From Amoebidium appalachense (Eukaryota; Protista; Ichthyosporea), in contig CAVNZM010000015.1 of NCBI GenBank assembly GCA_963693365.1, positions 5,277,502 to 5,341,501 of the forward strand: a DNA stretch of 64,000 nt, written 5' to 3'. How positions within the stretch are numbered: position 1 is the first letter of the stretch; each line of letters begins with the position of its first letter. The position numbers and the translations under genes are program-made. Below are positions 11,763 through 22,600 of this stretch, piece by piece. The notes beneath the pieces are model-generated. The model did no database searches. It had not been told where the DNA came from and saw nothing but the letters and a program-made list of their open reading frames with translations.

Positions 11763-12850
11763 GGTGTGTGTTGGCATTTTGCGACGTGATATCATCGTCG
11801 TGATGTCAATTCTACGTCATATTAACTTCGAGTATATCATTGGCTTTGCCTATATATGACACAGTCCTCTTTTTTTGGAAAATGCGATATTGCCGTATAT
11901 GGAAATCCCCCAGAAATGGCGACATAGACGTTAAGGGTACTGACGTGGAGGTGTGTTTGCAGGGGAGCAGGATGATGGGGAGATCGATTGGGGTGAGTGG
12001 CAGTGTTGTGTTTTGATTGGGCAATTGATAAGGAGGGTGGGTGATTATTGCGTGCATGTGCGAGTGTGAGATGAGTGGAGGGGAGGGACGGGGGGGGGGG
12101 GGGGGGGGGGGGATTGTTACATACATCTTTGTATGCAAAACGACCGGGGGGGGGGGGGGGGGGGGGGGGGATGGTTACATGCATGTGTGAGTGCAAAACG
12201 AGAGAAGTAGGGTGACTATTCATTATATACATGTTCAAGTGCATTAGGAGAGAGGGAGGGTCATTGATACATACATGTGCAAGTATGAGGGAAGGGGGGT
12301 AATTAATCATTATATACATGTGTACGGACAAAACGATGCTAATAGGATGTTCCTTTGTGTCTATACACACATGAACAAGTGAAAAGAGAGAAAGACGTTT
12401 ATGTTGCAAACGTTCACAGATTTCTAGCGCTATTATTAGATCCAAAACTAAAAGGTTTTTTTACACCTCCAGGTGATGACTCTGACCAATCGGATCCGTC
12501 CGTTAAACAGCCCCTCCCCAGTATGTTTCACCACTGCCTTCCCCCCCCCCCCCCCCCCCCCCCTCCTGCCTGATGATGGGCTCTGTTCAAGTGCCTTCCG
12601 TCTGCACCCTTTTCATTTGTTTTCATTTTATGGGTTGATTCCGGTTTTTCATGTTTGTGACGTTTTATGTTTTGTCCAGTGGTGCATCCTCCATATTTCC
12701 AATCCTCTGAATGCATACATCAACCCCCATCCTCCACCCATCCAACTCGCCTACTGGGCTGAAGAGTCACAGGGTGTTTTTTTGCTTCCACACCCACGAA
12801 TGTTTTGCTCATTCACACACAGAGACATATACGCACGCGCGCGCGCGCAG

Positions 12851-12924
<74 letters not shown>

Positions 12925-13578
12925 AACACGTTAGTAAGACACAAAGAATGGTATGAACACATGTGATAACAGCCCCTTCAACAGCAAACACTGATATATG
13001 GTTGGTTTCATGACAGATTACGATCTATTTACGATTTGGGGTCCATGGGAGGAAGTTGCAGTGGTGAAGAGGCCTGGAGACTAAGGTTGGTCTTGAAAGA
13101 GTGGGTTCCCCCTCCCCCCCCCTCCCCCCCCTCCCCCCCCCCCCTCCCACACACACACACATACATACAAGCACACGCACACACACATGCATATTCACAC
13201 ACAGACACCCCACATTCATACCCCATACCCCCCCCCCCCCCCCCCCCCCTTCCCACCCCCACCCCACCCCAAACACACACAGAGAGAATGGGGGGGGGGG
13301 GGGGGGGTCAGACACACACACCTTCCCAATATTATGCCTCCGCCAACCGTCCACCCACCCACCCCCTTCTACACACATACATATACACTGACACACCCTC
13401 CCCACGTCAGCCCCCTTCCCCTCCCCTCTCTCCCCTTGCCCCTCGGCCACACGTGCAAGCACGCGTGCTAGTGCTCACATGGACACACACCTTCCCGTGT
13501 TTAACCCCCCCCCCCCCCCCCCAAAAAAAAAAAAAAAAAAAAGCACCAGCAACACCACCACCACCAACCTAAAGGCGT

Positions 13579-13681
<103 letters not shown>

Positions 13682-14728
13682 CTAACACACACGCACACCC
13701 GCACACTTGCACACACATGCCTACATATTCTTGTGCACACCGCATTTCCTTTTCATTTCGATGAAATACCAGCACCCAGCCCTATAATCCCATGGTACAT
13801 TCCACAAATTCACACCATCTCAAGTTCACCAATCGTTTCCTTCCTTGATATATTCCCTACTGACGTGTGCAACCAACCCACCACAGTGTCTGAGCGGAAG
13901 CCCCCCCCCCCCCCCCCCCCCCCCTCTCCCCCTCCTCCCCGCGTCAAGAGGAGCCCTGGCAAGTGGACACAAAAAGCATTGTATGCTTTTTTTTAGTCAT
14001 GATGTATAGTAGTGTGTTCATGAATGGTTGGGTGTAGTGAGATTGGTGGCCGGGGAGCAGGGATGGGCACAGGAGAGACTGTGTTGGTTGTAGTGGGTTT
14101 TGATTTTTATTATTATTTTTTTTCAGTTTTTTTCCCCCCTGTCCTTTTCATTTTCATGTATGCAGACAACGTTAGTTGGGATGTCAAATATTATATATGT
14201 TAAACAACCAAAAAGTTTAAAAATCACTATATGCTTTTTGCGTTTTTCAAGCCATTATGGTTTCGGTGGTCATTTAAAGCCATGGTCGTATTTATCTAGT
14301 TGTACTTCTGCATGAATGTGCACACACTGCAACACCAAGAACCAAAGCCAATATCCCAGTCTTATCTTGTCTATAATAATTATTCCTTACGAATGCACAA
14401 CCGGTGAAAGTCAGCGTCAATACTGCGCATGCACCCGATGGCTTAGCTAGACTTGAAAAAATAAAAAGGGACTCGAAATTTTACAACTGCCATGCGCCTT
14501 GGGTGTGTGTGTGTATTTGGTTGGGTGGGTGGTGGTGGTGGTGGTGGTGGTGGTGGTGGTGGTGGTGGATGGGTGGGGGGTGGGGGGTGGGGGGTGGGGG
14601 GGATTTTTGACTCCCGGTTGTCTTGCAATGTGTCAATAAACACGAGCATCGATAACGTTAACGAATCCTTGGATGGCGTATTTTCAAGGCATGAACGATA
14701 GAACATGATGATAGACATGAAAGGGAAA

Positions 14729-14760
<32 letters not shown>

Positions 14761-15142
14761 GCCCCCGGGGAGGACAGGGGTGCAAAAAAAAAGTTTTATA
14801 AAACAATAAGAAAAAAAGCTAAGGAATTTGATGATGATTGATTGATTTCATTGATAGAAGAAGGACGAAGATCTAGATGCAAATTGGTTGCTTGACCCAA
14901 AACTCAATTGATATCACCCATGCCTACTACATATCTGTCTGTTTAAGTCTGACACACAACTGCATAGAAATTGTGCTACAGTGGGTGGGTTTTCTGTCAG
15001 TGTCAGTGACAATCAGTGCTGCAAAATGTGCACGTGTCGCAGTGCAGCACGTGCATGCGCCTTCGAATTCACATTGCCGGAGGCATGCATGAATCACTGA
15101 ATTCACACACACACGTATTAACAATATATATAATGCGTTGTT

Positions 15143-15851
15143 TGCCGGACCTCAAATCCGGAATTTGGAGGGGACCAAAGGCCATTTTGTGAGGCATCAA
15201 AAACCATCGAAACGTTGCTTAGTTGTTTTTATGACATCAAAATCGCTAAATATTCTTGCGATACTAATGAAAAAGCCTAAAATAACTATATATTTGATAA
15301 TGAGAAAATTGAAATATAGTGCCCTAAAGTTGGGCCCGAGAGGATGTACGTACTCGGGGCTTTGAAATAAAAAGAAAAAAACCAGCGGTTTCGGAGTCTA
15401 CTGTGAACGCGCTGGGCTGAATGACGGCAGAGATCAGGTGATTCCCGTATCAAAACGGTTTTTGTTTCTAACCCAGAATGGAACGCACCTTTTTTAGTGC
15501 CGGACCTCAAATCCGGAATTTGGAGGGGACCTAAGGCCATTTTGTGAGGCATCAAAAACCATCGAAACGTTGCTTAGTTGTTTTTATGACATCAGAATCG
15601 CTAAATATTCTTGCGATACTAATGAAAAAGCCTAAAATAACTATATATTTGATAATGAGAAAATTGAAATATAGTGCCGTAAAGTTGGGCCCGAGAGGAT
15701 GTACGTACTCGGGGCTTTGAAATAAAAAGAAAAAAACCAGCGGTTTCGGATTCACTGTGAACGCGCTGGGCTGAATGACGGCAGAGATCAGGTGATTCCC
15801 GTATCAAAACGGTTTGGGTTTCTAACCCAGAATGGAACGCACTTTTTTTAG
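15143..15851. repeat. Tandem duplication of a ~355-bp unit
   Basis: Units start TGCCGGACCTCAAATCCGGAATTTGG at 15143 and 15498 and differ by only a handful of bases. Confidence 0.92.
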
Positions 15852-16012
15852 AGAAATTCGGCGACATTTGTTTTACAACGTATTATATCATTGGTACAAC
15901 GACATTTTGAAAATTTTAATGTAATAGAACTACCAATCCAATCACAAAAACCTCAAAGGTCCGCTAACACCGGTTTAGGGGGACACGGGGATGAGGACGG
16001 TAAATTATATAT

Positions 16013-16057
<45 letters not shown>

Positions 16058-16410
16058 GGCCTGTGGCACACACACACACACACACACACAAACAGATGTA
16101 CATTTTACTGTTTAATAGCAGACAGTTGTTGAAAAAAATAGAGTAAAAAACACAACTAAATCAACTCAGTAATGTGAAAATGACATTTGGGGCGAGTGTA
16201 GTAGAAGGGTTTGTGACTGATAATGATTATTGTTTTACACTAGAGCAAGGGTGATTCAAGCTGGGCGGTGGTCGTTGTTTTTTTATTTGTTTTTTTTCCA
16301 CATTTACACACAAAGTAATAATCGAATAGAATACAAAAACAACTAAGAAGAAAAAAGCGCATACAACCTTCACTTGGCCCACACACACACATTCACACAC
16401 ACACAAACAT

Positions 16411-16445
<35 letters not shown>

Positions 16446-16560
16446 CGTTGAACACAATGAAAGGAAATATATCTAGAAAACACGGGTGCCATGATTGCAG
16501 TCACTGAGTATGAAAAGCATAACTTAAAAAAATTTGGGGGGGCAGGGAATGGGAAGAGGG

Positions 16561-17143
16561 GGGGCGGGTTGGTGCAATGGTAAGATCTCTGCGTGTCAAG
16601 CTCAAAGTCGCAGGATCGATCCTGGTTACTTCCGATTTTTTTCGGCCTCGACGGTCCACCGGTCTGGCCGCCCCCTAGAAGCCATCACCCCAGACCACGT
16701 CAAAGCAGCACCACCAATTTGTTATCACCCGGCCGTAAGACATGACGTCATGAACAGCACCGGCCCTCTGACGTCGACGGCGCGCCGCTTGGGCATCCCG
16801 GCCCAACGTTCAAGTGGGAGACCAATCCGAGTCACCGGCCACGGTTCGGGTCAGCGTCCTGGGCATGGGGTCTTCCCTTTCAAGTCTTTATGTTTGTGTA
16901 TGTGTCCCGGGTCGCTCCCGGCTGGTGTTGTTAAAGTGAGCTGTGCTCATTTCCCCACTAGCGTTGCTGCGGCTAGAACCGTGGGATAAGGCGTAACTAA
17001 AAATAGTGCCAGTTGGGGTCAATTAGAATCCTGACTTATGAGTGTGCTATACAGTACGATCTGTGTCTAGGCGGAAGACGGTAAGCTCCCCTGAGGCAGT
17101 GCCTCGCCGGGAGTGAAACGGGATAAAATAAAAAAAATAAAAA
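16561..17143 (+). mobile_element. tRNA-derived SINE-like retroposon (~580 bp)
   Basis: A-box TGGTGCAATGG and B-box-like GGATCGATCC in a degenerate tRNA head; 3' stem-loop CTCCC-GAGGC/GCCTC-GGGAG; A-rich tail at 17123-17143; direct repeat AGGGAATGGGAAGAGGG at 16544 and 17144 (TSD). Confidence 0.8.
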
Positions 17144-18607
17144 AGGGAATGGGAAGAGGGGGGGGGGGGGGGGGGGGGGTGAAGTAAACTGATAGTATAA
17201 TTGCAGTACTGACTTGTGAGCATGGTATATTGACACACCGTAGAATGATGATTTTATGTTCGGGAACATTTCGGGGGGGTGCCAATTGTTTTTTCTTTTG
17301 ACTGGATTTATTCGACGGAAAGATAAGCAAGTATGCACGGAAATATGTTGCCCACCTGGCACTCAGTGCACGTGGAAAGTTTTATTGCGTGCCCATACAT
17401 ATCATAAAGGGGGTTACCATACAGTTCTCTAAAATAAGTAAAACAACAAGATAATAATAATATTATAAAAATTTTGCAAGCAATTTAAAACATATTGCAC
17501 TTGGTGGTTTTCAGCTACATGTTTTTGGAGGACCACAAGTAAACTTGGTACTTCGGCAATGGCAATCTCTCCCTAGACTGATAACACAGTGCTATTAAAA
17601 TTCCATGCAATTAATTCCCACAACTAAACAGAACATCATTGTTTTGGTTTGTTTGTTCTATCCCCAATAGTATTAGATAACGTCAAATAAATCAAAATAT
17701 ATTATTACAAACAATACATAGTGGAAATGGGCTATGGGCACTGCAGCACTGGAAGTTAATCCTCAACGTTGAAAATGGCTGCACCATCGAGCAAGCCGTA
17801 ATCTTCCTCGATGTCATCGTCACCGTCTTCTCCCTCCGAATTGGAATCCTCGGGCTCGTCAACATCGGAATTGACGCGGCCCATCAAATTGTCGTTGTCC
17901 TTGGTTTTCTTGATGGCTGCAATATCCTTCAGAGGGACGTCGTCGTCGTCGGTCGACAGGAAAAGCTTTGCCCCCATCTTACGTTTCTTGGTAGGGGTGG
18001 CAACGGGCTCGTCCTCGTTCATGTCTTCCTTCTCCCCGTTTTCCTCGTTCACATCATCATAGGATAGAATAGCAGCCAATCCACGAAGGGCAGAGTTGCT
18101 CGCCCCAGACAGCTGCAGGTTGCCCAGTTTGATGTCGGATCCAGTGGGTGTGGCAGCAGTAGTGGCAGCCGGTCCCCGCATGAGCACACATGTCCCACCC
18201 ACAGTGGTGTCGAGAACGAAAATGTTCTTGCCCTGGATGTAGGTAAGCTCACCGGACGCCTGGACGATGCCTCCCTCCAGTACGTGGTCAAGGGTGCCGT
18301 CTTTGTTACGGAGCATCTTGGCAACGGCACGCACCATGCACACGGGTTGACCTATGTAACGATCCTCCTTATTCCCGACCCCATAGATGCGCCCCATGCA
18401 CTTCATATCCACACTTGCCAGCGCTGCATCGGCGTCTGTCAGGTTGATCTTGGATTTGTAGACTTTCTCAATCCCGAGCACAAATGCGCCATACGCACTC
18501 CACATGTGGGGTGCAACCATGGTCTTGAATGCGGCCTTATGAGCTGCCGAGACAACTTGGGTGACGATCCCGGCACCCTTGATCACATGGGTGGCTCCAG
18601 GGCGGTT

Positions 18608-21600
18608 TGTAACTTAGAGGTTTCTCTGTGAGACTTTATTATTTGCTGACTTACATTGACTGGCCCACCGGGACCTTTATATACTTGTGGTCTGGCTCAC
18701 TGGAATGTTACATACTATTCCCGATTGGTCTACCCGCCGCTATGGATCTAGTCGCTACCAATCAAAACACTCCAATAGATTCTTCTAGACTCTTCTAGAT
18801 CTATCCTGATCTATCGTGAACCTATCCACCAGTTTATCCCGAATATCTCGAATATTCCCGATCACTAGTGCTACGCTAACGCAGGGCATACCGGATGGCT
18901 ATCCTGTTCGACACCCCCACTTGCACTGTGTTCTATCTATCTACCGCATGCAACCTAAACCTAAGATGCAACTCTAAAACTATGCTACTATACTAACACA
19001 TATAACACCTACTACACGAACATTAACACTACACTAATTGTAGTTCTTACTCAGCCATGCCGATGGCCTGCCGATGCTGCATCAACTTAAGTCTCCCTAA
19101 AGCTTTGGTGCACATGTCGGCCACGTTACTGTTCGTGCTGCAATACACAAGTTCTACATCCCCATTCTCCACACACTCACGGGTGTAGTGGTACTGAACG
19201 TCGATGTGTTTGATGCTGGCCTGGAGATTGCTTCTTCCAGTGTCACAGGGTCATCCTCATTGCTATCAGCACTCTCAATTGCCATGCTGATACTGTCGCG
19301 GTACTCTACTACACCTGCGTTGATGCCGTAGGTCCCACCGCGCCTTGTAGTCATAGACGGATAGGCACTTCTGGTTGCAACCTGCAACTCTGCACTATCT
19401 TCCTCGTCTCCTGACCCTGCCGCGTCCGAATCGCCGCTGTCCTCGCCCGCGCCGTCGCCGATAGCATCTGAATCATATCCACTGTCAGTGCCGATTGCAG
19501 GCTTCCGAAAGGAATGTTGCTTCTTGACGCTGATTGGATTCCTCGATTCCAAGCTCTGCTGATTTCCGATTGGCTTATGCATCAGCAATTCCATTGGCTC
19601 ATCTTGCACCACCGGAATACCGGCCTTTGGGGTGCATGATTCATCCGAGTCGATCACCACATCTCGCCCGACGATAGTCTTGCGCGCCTCGGTGTCCCAC
19701 AACAAGTACGTCTTGCTGTCACCTGTGTAGCCGACGAATTTACACTCCCGACTCTTGGCGTCTAGCTTCCTGCGCTCGTCCTTCGGCACATGGACAAATG
19801 CCTTGCTACCAAATACACGTAGATGGCTAACATCGGGCTTCTCTCCATACCATGCCTCCCAAGGTGTCATGCCACCCAGTACTGTGGTTGGCGTCAGGTT
19901 CTTGATGTACACAGCTGCCTGTACTGCCAGCTGCCAGAACCCCATACTCATGCCTGCTGACTGCAGCATGCAGCGCGCCGTCTCGACAATGGTCCTGTTA
20001 GCCCTCTCTGCTACACCATTCTGCTCTGGTGTGTAAGGGACTGTCGCCTCATGTTCAATGCCGCACGCTTCCAGGAACGACTTGAACTCAGTGCCAGTGG
20101 AGGTGTACTCACCCCCGGGCCCGTTGTCGGAACGCAGAATCTTGATGCTGGCACCGTGTTGCTTCTCTACGTGTGCCTTGTACTTCTTGAAGTAAGTATG
20201 CACTTGGGATTTATGTTTCATGAAGTACACCGTAGTGAACCTTGTCTTGTCGTCGATGAAGGTGACATAATACTTGGAACCTTGCAGCGACTCCTTGTTG
20301 AACGGTCCTGCCACATCAGAATGAACTCTGTCGAGCTTCGCTGGCGCTGTCTTGCGGGGTAGCTTACTGAAAGAGAGCCGGGCTTGCTTCCCTCTCGCGC
20401 ATCCCTCGCACACACCGTCATCCTGGGGTTTGCAGTCGATGCACAGACCCTCGACGATGTTTTCTTTAACCATCTTCTGTAGCGTGTTTATTGCCACATG
20501 ACCAAACCGCCGGTGCCATAAACTGGCGCTGCCCTTTACCGGCTCACACACGGTGTTACCCCCACTGCTGCCGACTGCAGTGGTCACCATGTTCACGCTC
20601 TCACATACGGGTTTCACTAGGAGACGATACAGGCCTCCCTCCACTACCCCACGGGCCACAACTTGGCCATCTGTGGCACTCTCAATCGTACACTGTCGAC
20701 CGTCGGTGATGCCTCTTAACCCGTGCTTGCCGGCGCTTGAAGCCGACATCACGTTAGTTCCAAATGCTGGCACGTACAGCACATTCTGCAGTCTAAATGT
20801 CATGCTGTTGCCCTGGAACTCACTTGTTAATCTTACGATGACTATTCCTAGCGCCATCACACCCGGGGTGTTACCCAGAGCGACGGGTTTGGGTGTGATC
20901 GACCGGAAGTCTTCCATCCAGTCCTTTCGGCATGTGACATGGGAGGTTGCGCCGCAGTCCCAATACCACTCAGTTGAAGAAGGGAGTCCGCTGTTTACCG
21001 CCATGGCGAGTATCTCCTTGGAAGCTCCGTTCTGCTTCGCCTTGTCGCCGCGATTGCCGCCCTTCTTCTTCTTTGGACACTGTGACTTGTAGTGCCCAAA
21101 CTTGTGACATTTGTAACACTCCACCTTGGATATGTCAGTCACGCGCGGCTTGCCGGTGTCCTGTCGTGGCGTACCGCCGCGCCATTGGGTGCTGGTCATC
21201 ATCACCCGCTGCTGTTCCCTTGCAGCCTCGTTCTCCTCAAAACCACGCAGCTTGGCGATTATCTTTTCCATTGTCTTCTCAGCTGCTGGTAAAGCTTGAA
21301 TGGTCCTAACGTCGGTGCGGAATCGGTCGTCAGCGCCTACACCGTCCAGGAATTTCTCGGCAACCATGTCCTCACTAACTCCATTGGGGTCGATATGAAG
21401 AAGATCCTGCACAATGCACTCCAGGCGGGCCGCATACTCCAGCACGCTTTCCGTCGGCATCATATCAGCACGCCAGAACTGTTGAATCAACATTCTCTTG
21501 TGCTCATCTGTGTTGCGCGCAGCGTATGATGCTACCGTATCCCATATGTCCTTGGGATTTCCTACGGCAATAGCTCGCCGACACAGGCTTGCAGGTACAT

Positions 21601-22194
21601 CACCTAGTGTCTCCACCAGGTAGGAAGTCGCCTTCTTCTGATCCAAGGGGTCGATCTCCACCGGAGGTTGCTCCACCGGTTCGCCGTCCTCTCCTATCAC
21701 TTCAGGAGCCACGTCTTCAATCGTGTACCATAATTCCTCGCCCTCGAGGAAGCACTTCATGCGCATGGCCCACATTGAGTAGGAGATTTTGCCCTTGTCT
21801 TCTCCTTCATACATGGGAACTGGACATTTTGCTCTTCCCATCTTGTCTCAACAGTCGCTTGATCGTAGCGTTGTACTGGGTCCGTAACCGTAACTTAGAG
21901 GTTTCTCTGTGAGACTTTATTATTTGCTGACTTACATTGACTGGCCCACCGGGACCTTTATATACTTGTGGTCTGGCTCACTGGAATGTTACATACTATT
22001 CCCGATTGGTCTACCCGCCGCTATGGATCTAGTCGCTACCAATCAGAACACTCCAATAGAATCTTCTAGACTCTTCTAGATCTATCCTGATCTATCGTGA
22101 ACCTATCCACCAGTTTATCCCGAATATCTCGAATATTCCCGATCACTAGTGCTACGCTAACGCAGGGCATACCGGATGGCTATCCTGTTCGACA
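18608..22194 (-). mobile_element. Ty1/copia LTR retrotransposon, copy 2, non-autonomous (same RT deletion)
   Basis: LTRs at 21889-22194 (5') and 18608-18913 (3'), with two internal mismatches seen between them. Perfect 5-bp TSD CGGTT at 18603-18607 and 22195-22199. Near-identical to copy 1 in inverted orientation. Confidence 0.97.
19154..21841 (-). CDS. Copia Gag-protease-integrase polyprotein (895 aa), RT absent
   Basis: Same motifs as 3368-6037, with a few substitutions and three 2-aa insertions. Confidence 0.95.
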   Translation of the reverse strand: MGRAKCPVPMYEGEDKGKISYSMWAMRMKCFLEGEELWYTIEDVAPEVIGEDGEPVEQPPVEIDPLDQKKATSYLVETLGDVPASLCRRAIAVGNPKDIWDTVASYAARNTDEHKRMLIQQFWRADMMPTESVLEYAARLECIVQDLLHIDPNGVSEDMVAEKFLDGVGADDRFRTDVRTIQALPAAEKTMEKIIAKLRGFEENEAAREQQRVMMTSTQWRGGTPRQDTGKPRVTDISKVECYKCHKFGHYKSQCPKKKKGGNRGDKAKQNGASKEILAMAVNSGLPSSTEWYWDCGATSHVTCRKDWMEDFRSITPKPVALGNTPGVMALGIVIVRLTSEFQGNSMTFRLQNVLYVPAFGTNVMSASSAGKHGLRGITDGRQCTIESATDGQVVARGVVEGGLYRLLVKPVCESVNMVTTAVGSSGGNTVCEPVKGSASLWHRRFGHVAINTLQKMVKENIVEGLCIDCKPQDDGVCEGCARGKQARLSFSKLPRKTAPAKLDRVHSDVAGPFNKESLQGSKYYVTFIDDKTRFTTVYFMKHKSQVHTYFKKYKAHVEKQHGASIKILRSDNGPGGEYTSTGTEFKSFLEACGIEHEATVPYTPEQNGVAERANRTIVETARCMLQSAGMSMGFWQLAVQAAVYIKNLTPTTVLGGMTPWEAWYGEKPDVSHLRVFGSKAFVHVPKDERRKLDAKSRECKFVGYTGDSKTYLLWDTEARKTIVGRDVVIDSDESCTPKAGIPVVQDEPMELLMHKPIGNQQSLESRNPISVKKQHSFRKPAIGTDSGYDSDAIGDGAGEDSGDSDAAGSGDEEDSAELQVATRSAYPSMTTRRGGTYGINAGVVEYRDSISMAIESADSNEDDPVTLEEAISRPASNTSTFSTTTPVSVWRMGM

Positions 22195-22591
22195 CGGTTA
22201 CGGTCGACAAATGTTTCCACATTGGCAGACAAACGGCCCTGCACATGGACGACGCTACCAGCACTGTTTTTGGCCATCTCCAAGTACTTGGGGTCCTTCT
22301 CGTTGTTGAACACCATGACGACGATCTGCATGTTGGGTTCGGCGTTGTTCGTGGCATTCAGGCACATGGTGGTGTTCCTGCCCTTGACCATAGCAGCGGT
22401 GTGCCTCTCACCGGGCTTAAGGCTGGTGGGAAGCATCACAACCGAGAGGACATCCATAAGGAAGGATGCATGCATCATGTGTGGGTGCAGATTCATTTTC
22501 GAATTCACGACGTGTCACTGTCCGTGAATCAACGAGCTGTGAACGGGGTGTTGAAATGTGGATGTGGTGACAGCAGGACGACGAAGGTCCC

Positions 22592-22600
22592 CTTTTTATA
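22592..22600 (-). promoter_or_regulatory. Candidate TATA box of the interrupted intronless ORF
   Basis: Minus strand reads CTATAAAAAG about 100 bp upstream of ATG 22496. Confidence 0.45.

Larger units (their letters stand above)
17756..22496 (-). pseudogene. Intronless ~380-aa ORF, putative tandem OB-fold ssDNA-binding-like protein, split by copia copy 2
   Basis: Removing 18608-22194 and one CGGTT fuses ...VETFVDRNR|PGATHVIKGAG... in frame from ATG 22496 to TAA 17756. Motifs GSVVHVQGRL and GGIVQASGEL, basic PTKKRK and a D/E-rich tail. The ORF fusion is solid; the fold call is by eye only. Confidence 0.75.

Noticed and set aside
15143-15851. Hammerhead ribozyme or retrozyme in the tandem dimer
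   Set aside because: CGAAAC and CTGAATGA-like words occur, but I could not assemble a CUGANGA-stem II-GAAA core on either strand.
16561-16633. Functional tRNA gene
   Set aside because: A and B boxes are present but the acceptor and anticodon stems pair poorly, and it sits at the head of a TSD-flanked A-tailed unit, so it is treated as a SINE head.
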